Shown in pieces: positions 35,180-43,819 of a stretch of 64,000 nt of DNA; the first letter of the stretch is position 1; every line of letters starts with the position of its first letter. Origin of the DNA: an uncultured Lachnospiraceae bacterium (lineage in GTDB: Bacteria; Bacillota; Clostridia; Oscillospirales; CAG-272); NCBI GenBank assembly GCA_964413365.1, contig CAYPRM010000003.1, positions 857-64,856 of the forward strand, written 5' to 3'. The notes under the pieces are model-generated. The model was not told the DNA's origin and did not search any database. It saw only the letters and a list, made by a program, of their open reading frames with translations. Both the position numbers and the translations under genes were made by a program.

Positions 35180-36106
35180 TCATCTGCCCTCCCTTTGCTT
35201 TTTATCAGTCGCAGGTACGGTATCGTTCTTTTCCCTTTCCCTGCGCTCCACTATCGGGTAAATGATGCATTGATAGAACGTTCCGAGCATGACAGCCACA
35301 AGTCCTGCGGTTGCGAGGGGCTCGCCGATATCGTTCTTGAACATAAGGGTTACGCGCGAGCTCATCTCGCTATATCCCATAAGGTAGATCTTAAATCCGT
35401 TTTTATATAAGGGAGCGTTGACGCGGAGCTCCTTTGTCTCCATGCTTCCGTTGCTATTATCTATAAATGTCATCTTAGCAACGTACTCCTTCACGGGCAA
35501 TCTTACTGACGCTATGACACCGTCCGCAAGCGTAACGGTCTCCTTGATAGTATCTATCGTTTTTCCGTCGAGAAGATCGTCAAGCCCGATCGCTCCATAA
35601 TCCTCAAAGTCATAATACCAATCGCCGTTAGCCGCTCTCTGCAGCTGTATATCCATCATTACGGCGACAGGTCCGTCATCGGTCATTTTATAGACATCGT
35701 AGACGGGATCGTAATATTTTATCTGAAATTCGTCAAGTCCAAAAGCAAATCCGAGATCGACGGTATTCCCGTCCGCATCCTCAAGATATTTATATGCCTT
35801 GGTATTATCGACCGGGACGGCAACCGTAAGCGACTGCCCAGTCAGGGTGAAAAGCAGGCTTCCGAGCAGGAACAGTACAAATCCGAGGTGGAGTATATAC
35901 GAGCCGAGCCTCTTCAGTCTGAATTTTTGCCCAAATGCGGCAATTATAAGTAGAATAACGAAAATAGTCAAGACGACCGCCATTATTATATTTGCGCCCG
36001 TAAATTCAAGAGGCCATTTCCAACCGAAAAGCTGTGCTGTCGACAGGAAGACAAAGGGCACGAGTATTATCGCAAATGCGATCATCAATGGTTTAATAAA
36101 TTTCAT
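35180..36106 (-). CDS. ccsB: ResB/CcsB-like cytochrome c biogenesis protein (short form)
   Basis: 308 aa. N-terminal TM helices carry LGSYILHLGFVLFLLG (the conserved His-x-Gly). An extracytoplasmic domain follows, then FKIYLMGYS and a final TM. The gap to ccsA is 1 nt. Confidence 0.7.
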   Translation of the reverse strand: MKFIKPLMIAFAIILVPFVFLSTAQLFGWKWPLEFTGANIIMAVVLTIFVILLIIAAFGQKFRLKRLGSYILHLGFVLFLLGSLLFTLTGQSLTVAVPVDNTKAYKYLEDADGNTVDLGFAFGLDEFQIKYYDPVYDVYKMTDDGPVAVMMDIQLQRAANGDWYYDFEDYGAIGLDDLLDGKTIDTIKETVTLADGVIASVRLPVKEYVAKMTFIDNSNGSMETKELRVNAPLYKNGFKIYLMGYSEMSSRVTLMFKNDIGEPLATAGLVAVMLGTFYQCIIYPIVERREREKNDTVPATDKKQREGR

Positions 36107-36130
36107 TTTATCCTCTCTTTAGGAGTCCCC

Positions 36131-36156
36131 AAGGGACACCCCGAGGGGTGTCCCTT
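36131..36156 (-). other. GC-rich hairpin between the 1673-aa gene and ccsB
   Basis: aagggacaccc (36131-36141) pairs with gggtgtccctt (36146-36156). There is no U-run on the minus-strand transcript. It may be a processing or stability element, or a partial terminator. Confidence 0.45.
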
Positions 36157-36175
36157 TTCAGGGGAATATGGTTTA

Positions 36176-39100
36176 TCAGTTGTAGTAAACCTGGAAGTCG
36201 GAAAGTGTAAGATCTATATTCTCGAACGTGAAGCGGATCTCGGTGTTGGAGCTATACCATCTGATATAGTCGCAGTCCTTGGAAGCGATAACGCTACCGT
36301 CAGCCGCATATACGGTGAATGTGATATAGAACTTGCCCTCGCCGTCACGATGGAGCTTAAGTCCGAACTTAGTTGCCTCTTCGAAGATGTGGTCGTAGGG
36401 CTCGCCCTCTGCATCGGTATTGTTGATGTCGAACCACTGACCGTTGCTATCAAAGCCTATCTGCGCTCTGTCGCCGCGGTTCTCTCTCTGATAACCGAAT
36501 ACAGGTCTTACATCATCACCAAAGAGGTTGATGCACATTACTCTGAAATCGCCGCCGGGAGTTCCCTCGTACTTGGAATTGAACACGAGCTCGAATTCCT
36601 GAACGCGGAGACCGTCGATAACGAGCTGATCCTTCTGTCCCCAGCCTGCGCCGTCGTCTATGCTTACCGTTCCGTCCTCATTGAGAACGACTCTATCCGT
36701 ATAGGACTTAAGTGCTACGGATCCTGCATTGAAGTCCTGATACTGATATGTAACGGTGTCGTCGCCGACCTTGAAGCTGAGCTTGACATTGGTATACTTA
36801 CCTGCCTCAAGAGCAAGTGTTGCACCGTCAACGGTCTTAGCCTCGCCGTTAAGCACGAAGCTCCACTGAACGTCAGTAGCCTCTACGCCGTCTGCGAATA
36901 CTGCTGTGAACTTATCAACGCCTGCGTAATTTGTGTAGCCCTTATCAAGGATATCTACGGAAACTGCAACGTCTCTTTCAATAAGTGCGTCAACTGCATC
37001 AACGATAGCCTTTGCAGCTGCGTCGTAATCGACTGTCGTAGTGTTGTCGCTCATAAGAGCGTAGCCTGCTCTGTAAGCCTTCAGGAACTCTACGGAGTTG
37101 ACATAATCAGCGGGGTTAATGCTTGCATACTTAACGAGTGCTGCGGAAAGAGCTGCTTTGGACTTGACGCTACCAGCAAGGTATGTGGTCGTGCCCTCAA
37201 GGAGCTCGTAGCGAACGTTAGCAACGTCAATACCTACGTTCTCGATGTTGATACCGACGATGAAGCCATTGCCCATTTTGCCTGCCCATTCGTTGCGATT
37301 GAACTCGATCCACTCACCGTTTACGGAGTCATAAAGTGCGTATACGAGCTGAAGCTGTTCATTTGCATTTCTATAGCAGGTAAGCTTTACTGTGAAGGTG
37401 TCGCCGACCTCAAGAAGGCCTGCCGCACCAGTCATAGCGGTTGCAACGTCCTCGAAGCCGCCGTCGCTCGACTGCTTCTTACCTGTGCCGTCCCAGTTGG
37501 TCTCAAGTCTTACAGGATTTTCATGCAAGCAGATGCAGCCGTATCCAACGTATGCCCAGTCACTGCCGAAACTGGGGCTGAGTGTATCTGCGTTGAGAAG
37601 GTGGATGGTAGCAACGTTTGCACCGCCGCCATTCTGTCTGTAAGTGATATCCATGGTTACGGAGAAGGATCCGTTAAATACGAGGTCATCGTAAAGGACC
37701 TTTCTGCCTTCCCAGTCGCCCCAGCCGATTCCTGTTACGGAGCTGAAGCCACCGTTAGTGTTATCAACGGTTACTCTATCGGGCATACCACTCTTGATAT
37801 CAGCGACTATGAAGCTTACATCGCTGAGTGTGAAGGTAACGGTCTCGGACTCGAAGCCCTCGCCGCCCTTCTGAAGGGTAACGCTTATTGTGTACTTCTT
37901 GCCGTGCTCGGGAGTGAAGCTGTATGTTGCATCAGTACCAACATTCACGCCGTTTACCTTCCATGTGTAGGTAAGGTTCTTAGTCTTGCTGGATACTGTG
38001 AGGTCATACTTAGCACTCGTGCCCGTGATATATCCGTTGCCGGATACAAGTCCCTTCCAATCTATCTCGGAGAGACCTATCTTATAATCTGCGGAGCCGA
38101 GAGCCTCTGTAAGAGCTGCTGTGTAAATGCTATTAGCCGCATACTCGTCGCTGCCGTTAAGGGTATTGACGATCTCTGCGATAGCGTCGAAGTTGTAGAG
38201 GTCATCCTTCTTAAGGGTGAGACCTGTGATGCTGTATGTGATGGTATCGCCATCAACAACAGCCTTAGTAACGTCTACGTAGTTCTCAGGCTTGAACTGT
38301 GCGATAGCGGTTGCAAGGTTTGCAAGAGCCGTATCAATAGCTGCCTTCTCTGCATCTACGTCATTAAGTACCGTATTAGCGGCATTGACCTTTTCCTCGA
38401 GGTTAGCAACAACTTCCTCGATGTAGTCGGTCTTGGTGAGCTTGCCTGCTGCTTCTACTGCTGTACGAAGGTCTGCCTTGCAGTTGACCTTAGCATCAGC
38501 ATTGAGGCGGAAGCCCTCAATGTCGAAGTGTGCCCACTCGGACTGGATACCGATAACAACGGGACCTGTGTAATCGGAGGATACGCGATTTCCGCTATCC
38601 TGTGTTCCGTCATTGGTAAGGAGTATATTGCCGTTCTCGTCTACGAGATATGCGGTGATATAGGATCTACCATCAATGATCTCGCGCTTTACGACGAAGG
38701 AACTCTTAGTACCGACGGATGTTGTTCCCTCGGGAAGGTCCTTATACGCCTTCTGCTCAAGGCAGGATACCTCAAGCTTGTTGTTCTGAGAGGTAATAGC
38801 TACCCAGTCGTTGATAACATCGCCGTTCGACTTATTGAAGAAGAGTGCGAAAACGTTAACGCCGTTCTGGTTATTGAAGGTAAGGTCGAAGGAGAGTGTG
38901 AAGTTACCAGAGATCGTAAGATCGCTAATTGTAGCCTTCTTACCCTTCATATCGTCCCAACCGTAGTCACCTGTAACGCTGATGCCATCGTCATTGATAG
39001 CAACGCCGGGCTTATTAGATACCCAACCTGCATTTACGAAGGTAACGGTGTATTCCTTCTCTACGGAATACTCGCCCTTTGCTGCGGTGCAGCTGATAAC

Positions 39101-41197
39101 GTACTTACCGAACTGTGTGGGAGCGAATGTGTATGTAGCCTCGGTGGAAACATCCTTGTCGTTGACCTTCCAGCTGAAGGTTGCGCCATCAGCGCTCGTT
39201 GCGGTCATAGCGAAGCTCGGAAGCTTATTTACGAGGTACTGTACATTGTTCTCGGGAGCACCTGTTATATCAAGGGTTACCTTAGAGATGAGCTTAGCTA
39301 TGATCGTCTGAGCCTTGGGAGCATAAACAGATGTGAGAGTGATAGTGGTATCTGCATTGAGAGTATCAAGCTCTGCGATAACGTCAGCGATATTCTCAAA
39401 GTTGGATGCAAGATACTGCTTGCCGCCGTAGCTGATATTGCCACCTGTGGTGTCAGCCTTAGCGATCTCTGCAGGAACGAGTGCGTTCGTAGCAGAAACG
39501 ATATTAGCAACTGCCTCATTAAGAGCAGCCTGTGTTGTAGCGGTGGATGCAGCCGTCTTTGCGTTAGCAAGTGCGAGCCAGCTATCTGCCGTGTAGTCGC
39601 TCTCTACAAGAGAGATGGACATAGCAAGTGCTCTGTTGAGAGCGGTCTTGCTGATCGCCTTATCATTGATGCCTACTGCGAGATTGCTTACTGTGAAGTG
39701 AGCGTTCTCAGCCTGAATGCCAAGGTGAACGTCGCCGACGTAATCCTTGCTCATGTCCTGAGCATCGTTTACAGCGAGAACATTGCCGTAGTCATCAAGA
39801 AGGTATGCCTTAAGATAAGACTTACCCTCAACTATCGTGCGTGTTGCCATAAAGTGCATCGTGCTTCCGATAGCGACGGTGTTGGCAGGCATATCTACTG
39901 TGGGCTTTTCCTCAAGGCTTCCGCCAACTGCGACCTCGAGCTTATTATCCTGCTCGCGAATAGCTACCCAGTTAAGGATATTCTCTCCGTTACTGTTGTT
40001 AAAGAAGAGTGCCATTACGTTAGGATCGGTATTTGCCTGTGTGAATACAAGGTCAAAGTATACCGTGAAATCACCGGAGAGAACGAGGTCGGGAAGAGTT
40101 ACCTTCTTGCCCTCTTCATCGCCCCAGCCAAGAGCGCCGGAAACGACAACGTCATTATCCTCTACCTTTATGGTATCCTCGAATTTCTTGTTTACAAAGT
40201 AGTCGGATTCGATGAAGGAAACTGTCCAGATCTGAACATTAGAATTGTCACCCTTGCTTACTGTGCACTTGATCACATATTCCTTGAATTCTTCAGGTGT
40301 GAAGGTGTACTCAGCAGTCGTAGCGACCTCTGTGCCGTCAAGAGTCCACGAGAAGGTTACACCGTCCTCGGATTCTGCCTTGAGCACGTAAGAGCCGAGG
40401 CTCTCAACTACCATCATCGCATTGTTCTTGAGCTCGCTCTTTACAGCAAGCCTAAGCTTTGCGTTGAGCTTTGCAAGTATGATATCGAGCTTAGGTGTAT
40501 ACTGAGACTTGAGTGTAACTTCAGCATCAGCATTCAGCGTCTTGAGCTCTGCTACAATATCAGCAAAGTTGTGATAATCGGATGCCTTATAGACGGTCTC
40601 GTTCCATGTGAAGGAGAGCTCGTCTGCAGCGATCTCAACCTTTCTAAGGGAGGAGACCAGCTGTGCGATCGCATCGTTGATAGCGGTGACCGCTCCGTTA
40701 ACGTCCTCCTCGGACGCACCGGACGTATTCAAAACCGTTCTACCCGCTTCAACTGCAGCATCGAGCTTATTCCACGATACCGACGTGTAGTCGCCCCTTA
40801 CAAGCGCTGCCGCTGTATTAAGAGCATTGGAGAGAGCTGTTTTGTCAACGCTGGGAACGATATAGTTAATGGTTACAGTCTTTACTGTATCCGTCTTACC
40901 CTCAGCACTTGCTGTTATGGTAAGGGTATATGTTCCCTCTTCCGTGGCGGTGAATTTCTGGGTTTCGCTGTCGTATGTACCGCCACTTACCGTAACTTCT
41001 ACTGTTCCGTTAGTGGTATAGGTCAACGTATAGCTCTGACCGATCTCCAAATACGCCACTTCATTACTTGTTATTGTCAATTCCGTGGGGTCGGGTTCTA
41101 CTGGCAAATCTGGCTTGAACAGATTTTTGATAAAGGTACATGAATTCAATGTCAGAAGCACTACCAATATCAACGCCAATAATTTGAGTTGTTTCAT
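36176..41197 (-). CDS. 1673-aa modular surface lipoprotein with four super-repeats of about 380-400 aa (helical FIVAR-like + Ig-like + beta-sandwich GWGD module)
   Basis: - Lipobox LNSC.
- Four helical segments, e.g. DKTALSNALNTAAALVRGDYTSVSW and SKTALNRALAMSISLVESDYTADSW.
- Four Ig-like segments, e.g. TFSWTLDGTEV..YTFTPEEFKEYVIKC and TFSWKVNDKDV..YTFAPTQFGKYVISC.
- Four beta-sandwich starts: GWGDEEGKKVTLPDLVLSGDFTVYFDL, GWDDMKGKKATISDLTISGNFTLSFDL, GWGDWEGRKVLYDDLVFNGSFSVTMDI and GWGQKDQLVIDGLRVQEFELVF. Confidence 0.75.
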   Translation of the reverse strand: MKQLKLLALILVVLLTLNSCTFIKNLFKPDLPVEPDPTELTITSNEVAYLEIGQSYTLTYTTNGTVEVTVSGGTYDSETQKFTATEEGTYTLTITASAEGKTDTVKTVTINYIVPSVDKTALSNALNTAAALVRGDYTSVSWNKLDAAVEAGRTVLNTSGASEEDVNGAVTAINDAIAQLVSSLRKVEIAADELSFTWNETVYKASDYHNFADIVAELKTLNADAEVTLKSQYTPKLDIILAKLNAKLRLAVKSELKNNAMMVVESLGSYVLKAESEDGVTFSWTLDGTEVATTAEYTFTPEEFKEYVIKCTVSKGDNSNVQIWTVSFIESDYFVNKKFEDTIKVEDNDVVVSGALGWGDEEGKKVTLPDLVLSGDFTVYFDLVFTQANTDPNVMALFFNNSNGENILNWVAIREQDNKLEVAVGGSLEEKPTVDMPANTVAIGSTMHFMATRTIVEGKSYLKAYLLDDYGNVLAVNDAQDMSKDYVGDVHLGIQAENAHFTVSNLAVGINDKAISKTALNRALAMSISLVESDYTADSWLALANAKTAASTATTQAALNEAVANIVSATNALVPAEIAKADTTGGNISYGGKQYLASNFENIADVIAELDTLNADTTITLTSVYAPKAQTIIAKLISKVTLDITGAPENNVQYLVNKLPSFAMTATSADGATFSWKVNDKDVSTEATYTFAPTQFGKYVISCTAAKGEYSVEKEYTVTFVNAGWVSNKPGVAINDDGISVTGDYGWDDMKGKKATISDLTISGNFTLSFDLTFNNQNGVNVFALFFNKSNGDVINDWVAITSQNNKLEVSCLEQKAYKDLPEGTTSVGTKSSFVVKREIIDGRSYITAYLVDENGNILLTNDGTQDSGNRVSSDYTGPVVIGIQSEWAHFDIEGFRLNADAKVNCKADLRTAVEAAGKLTKTDYIEEVVANLEEKVNAANTVLNDVDAEKAAIDTALANLATAIAQFKPENYVDVTKAVVDGDTITYSITGLTLKKDDLYNFDAIAEIVNTLNGSDEYAANSIYTAALTEALGSADYKIGLSEIDWKGLVSGNGYITGTSAKYDLTVSSKTKNLTYTWKVNGVNVGTDATYSFTPEHGKKYTISVTLQKGGEGFESETVTFTLSDVSFIVADIKSGMPDRVTVDNTNGGFSSVTGIGWGDWEGRKVLYDDLVFNGSFSVTMDITYRQNGGGANVATIHLLNADTLSPSFGSDWAYVGYGCICLHENPVRLETNWDGTGKKQSSDGGFEDVATAMTGAAGLLEVGDTFTVKLTCYRNANEQLQLVYALYDSVNGEWIEFNRNEWAGKMGNGFIVGINIENVGIDVANVRYELLEGTTTYLAGSVKSKAALSAALVKYASINPADYVNSVEFLKAYRAGYALMSDNTTTVDYDAAAKAIVDAVDALIERDVAVSVDILDKGYTNYAGVDKFTAVFADGVEATDVQWSFVLNGEAKTVDGATLALEAGKYTNVKLSFKVGDDTVTYQYQDFNAGSVALKSYTDRVVLNEDGTVSIDDGAGWGQKDQLVIDGLRVQEFELVFNSKYEGTPGGDFRVMCINLFGDDVRPVFGYQRENRGDRAQIGFDSNGQWFDINNTDAEGEPYDHIFEEATKFGLKLHRDGEGKFYITFTVYAADGSVIASKDCDYIRWYSSNTEIRFTFENIDLTLSDFQVYYN

Positions 41198-41250
41198 GTC
41201 GCATCTCCTTTTAATAATAGTTTTTTATTTCAATTACGTCTTTACCGTAA

Positions 41251-42456
41251 TTAAAAACCTGATAATGAGCTGAATTGCTCTGTAAGGAGCATTGCATCAG
41301 CGTTGGTAACGTGATCCATAAGAACACGCTTACCGTAAGAATTACGATCCGAGGTCCAACCGACGATTCCCGTGGTGGGTATGAAGCCACCGCGCTCGTA
41401 GCTCTCATAATCGTGCTCCAAGACTCGCTTGACGTCCACAAGGTATTGAGCCGCCGTTGCATCCACCTTATAGAGGTCGAAGAAGCCCTTGAACATGATG
41501 AGGTTGAACCAGCTGAAGGTCGTGCCGCCGTCACTTCCAGGGTAGACGACATACCCCTCGCCGATGGTCGTATCGCCAAAATACCGCTTACAGTTCTCCG
41601 CCGTCCTCCTTGCCTCCTCGAGGTAATGATCCTCTCCCGTAACTGCGTAGAGGTACGCGCCGCCGCTTATCATCGCGCCACTGTTATAGCTGTATTTCTT
41701 TTTATCAATGCTTCCGTCGGCAACGGCTCTTCCGCCGTGCCAGACGTCCCTTTCGTCCTCATAGACCGTGCCTATAAGGTCGTAATAAAGGTCGTCCTCG
41801 GGATCTCTCAGCGAGTTATAGCAGAAGCTATATATGCCCCTTGCCCAGCTGAGGAATTTTTCCTCGCCCGTTATCTGATGCATCATAACGGCGAGCTTTA
41901 TGAACGGAGCGTTACTGCAGGCATGGCGTGTGATATACGCCTGTCCCCAATATATACCGCCGAGCTGCGGATCGTTTCCGACGGTGTAGATATATTCGGT
42001 AAGCTCGCGTGCGATATCGAGATATTTCTGCTCGCCGTAGAGCATATAGGCATTTGCCATCTCGATGGCTGCCCATATCTGATCGTCGAACACGGAAAGC
42101 TCTCCTCTCTCGCCGAGCACGTCCGCACAGCCTCTCTCATTTCCTCTCGGAACTGCGTAGACGCTGAAGCGGCGCTTTTCTCCGTCCTTACCTGCGTGGT
42201 TATCATCTCGGTATCCCCTGTAATATTCCATAGCGTCTATCACCCTGTCGACAAGGTCCTTATATGCGCCGTGGTTTACGGCAGACATACGCACCGCCAT
42301 CGCAAGGAGGGACGTCATGCTCCAAAAATCCGTAATATCCGAGGGCTTACCGCTCTCATCAAGAACGTTATACACCACAAGACCGAGGTCTGCGGTATCC
42401 TTGACGTATGAATCAAGAACGGTCTGCGCCATTACGGTTCCCTTTTGAATACCCAT
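41251..42456 (-). CDS. glycoside hydrolase family 76-like (endo-alpha-1,6-mannanase type), no signal peptide
   Basis: About 401 aa from the ATG at 42456, after aggagg. It has the twin-Asp motif VFDDQIWAA, GGIYWGQ, ACSNAPFI and YYDLI. It is a paralogue of the upstream gene. Confidence 0.75.
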   Translation of the reverse strand: MGIQKGTVMAQTVLDSYVKDTADLGLVVYNVLDESGKPSDITDFWSMTSLLAMAVRMSAVNHGAYKDLVDRVIDAMEYYRGYRDDNHAGKDGEKRRFSVYAVPRGNERGCADVLGERGELSVFDDQIWAAIEMANAYMLYGEQKYLDIARELTEYIYTVGNDPQLGGIYWGQAYITRHACSNAPFIKLAVMMHQITGEEKFLSWARGIYSFCYNSLRDPEDDLYYDLIGTVYEDERDVWHGGRAVADGSIDKKKYSYNSGAMISGGAYLYAVTGEDHYLEEARRTAENCKRYFGDTTIGEGYVVYPGSDGGTTFSWFNLIMFKGFFDLYKVDATAAQYLVDVKRVLEHDYESYERGGFIPTTGIVGWTSDRNSYGKRVLMDHVTNADAMLLTEQFSSLSGF

Positions 42457-42502
42457 TGGAAACACCTCCTTTTTAGATATTAGATTATTGGTGATTGGTC
42501 GA

Positions 42503-43795
42503 TCACTTTTCAAGCTCTGCCTTAGCCGCCTGATACTGAGCCAGAAGAAGGTAGGTCTCAGCGTGGGAGGTATGGTCAAGCAGATTCTTGCAATCGCTCT
42601 TTATCCAACCGTTTTCCCATCCTGCAAGCCATGACACGGGGATGTATCCGTCCCTGCCGTAATGCTCGTATGCATAGTCGATGGACTTCTGCACGTCATC
42701 AAGATATACGGTCTGTGTGGGATCTGCAAGGAAGAGGTCGTAGTAGCCGATGTACATTACAAGGTTGAACCACGTTGTGGTAGCAGTGGGGTACATTACG
42801 TATCCCTCTACGAAATCGTGATATCCGAAATATTCCCTGCAGCTCTCGGCGGTAGCTCTTGCGTGGTCGAGATAGGTCTCGTCGCCCGTTACGTTATACA
42901 TTGCAACGCCTGCGCTGATCATAGCGCCGCTATTGTAGGTGTATTTCGTTTTATCGAAGCTATCGTTTGCAACGGGAACGCCGTTCTCGTCAAAGATAGT
43001 GCCGACGAGGTCGTAGTAAAGGTTATCGGAGGGATCGCGAAGTGTATTATACATAAAGTCGTACACGTTCGTTGCCCATGTGAAGAATTCGGTGCGTCCT
43101 GTCTCTCTGTAAAGATCGATGAGCACCTTGATGAAGGGTGCGTTACTGCAGGAGTGGCGCGAGGTGTAATCCTGTCCCCAAGTTATACCGCCGACGTTCT
43201 CCATAAATCCTACGAGGTAAACATACTCCGCAAGCTCGATGGAGGTATCGAGATACTCCTTATCGCCATAGAGCTTATAAGCGTTATAGTACTCACGTGC
43301 AATCCAGATCTGGTCATCGAACACGGAAAGAGTACCAAAAGCATTAGCCTTGAATTTGCCCCTCGTGGAGCGGTTGACTGCAAAGACGGTGAACTCACGT
43401 CCCTCACCGCCGACTCCAACGGTATTGTCGCTACGGACGCCACGGTAGTAGTCAAATGCGGAGAAGATATTCTCCATCTCGGTCTGATATCTGTTATCAG
43501 TCAGCTCGTTGCAGCGGAGCATCATACTTACAAGTCCTGTATATCTCCAGCAGTCCGACCAGTCGGACTCATTCTCAAGCTGAGGAAGGTTACGGTGCGC
43601 GTACTCGAGCTCCTCGTCAAAGAAGTCATTATAGAGCACCTTTGCCATATATTCTCCGCGGAGAAGGTTACGCTCCGCAAGGGAATTTACGTTGAAGCCC
43701 TCGCCGTTTGCGATCTCCTCGGGGGTGCAGGCGAAAAGCATCAGCGAGCCTGCCATCATTGCCAAAACCAGAACGAATGATATTATTTTTTTCAT
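42503..43795 (-). CDS. glycoside hydrolase family 76-like lipoprotein
   Basis: About 430 aa from the ATG at 43795, after agagagg. Lipobox LFAC, VFDDQIWIA, GGITWGQ, SCSNAPFI. Confidence 0.75.
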   Translation of the reverse strand: MKKIISFVLVLAMMAGSLMLFACTPEEIANGEGFNVNSLAERNLLRGEYMAKVLYNDFFDEELEYAHRNLPQLENESDWSDCWRYTGLVSMMLRCNELTDNRYQTEMENIFSAFDYYRGVRSDNTVGVGGEGREFTVFAVNRSTRGKFKANAFGTLSVFDDQIWIAREYYNAYKLYGDKEYLDTSIELAEYVYLVGFMENVGGITWGQDYTSRHSCSNAPFIKVLIDLYRETGRTEFFTWATNVYDFMYNTLRDPSDNLYYDLVGTIFDENGVPVANDSFDKTKYTYNSGAMISAGVAMYNVTGDETYLDHARATAESCREYFGYHDFVEGYVMYPTATTTWFNLVMYIGYYDLFLADPTQTVYLDDVQKSIDYAYEHYGRDGYIPVSWLAGWENGWIKSDCKNLLDHTSHAETYLLLAQYQAAKAELEK

Positions 43796-43819
43796 ATTCA
43801 GTACCTCTCTTTTCAGCAA

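Noticed and set aside
36350-41143. A 1597-aa ORF on the plus strand opposite the 1673-aa lipoprotein gene.
   Set aside because: Its translation is Cys/Val/Ile/Leu-rich and low in complexity, with no RBS, signal peptide or recognisable domain. The minus-strand product has a lipobox and repeated recognisable domains. Such long shadows arise when the sense gene rarely uses TTA, CTA and TCA codons, because their reverse complements are the stop codons.
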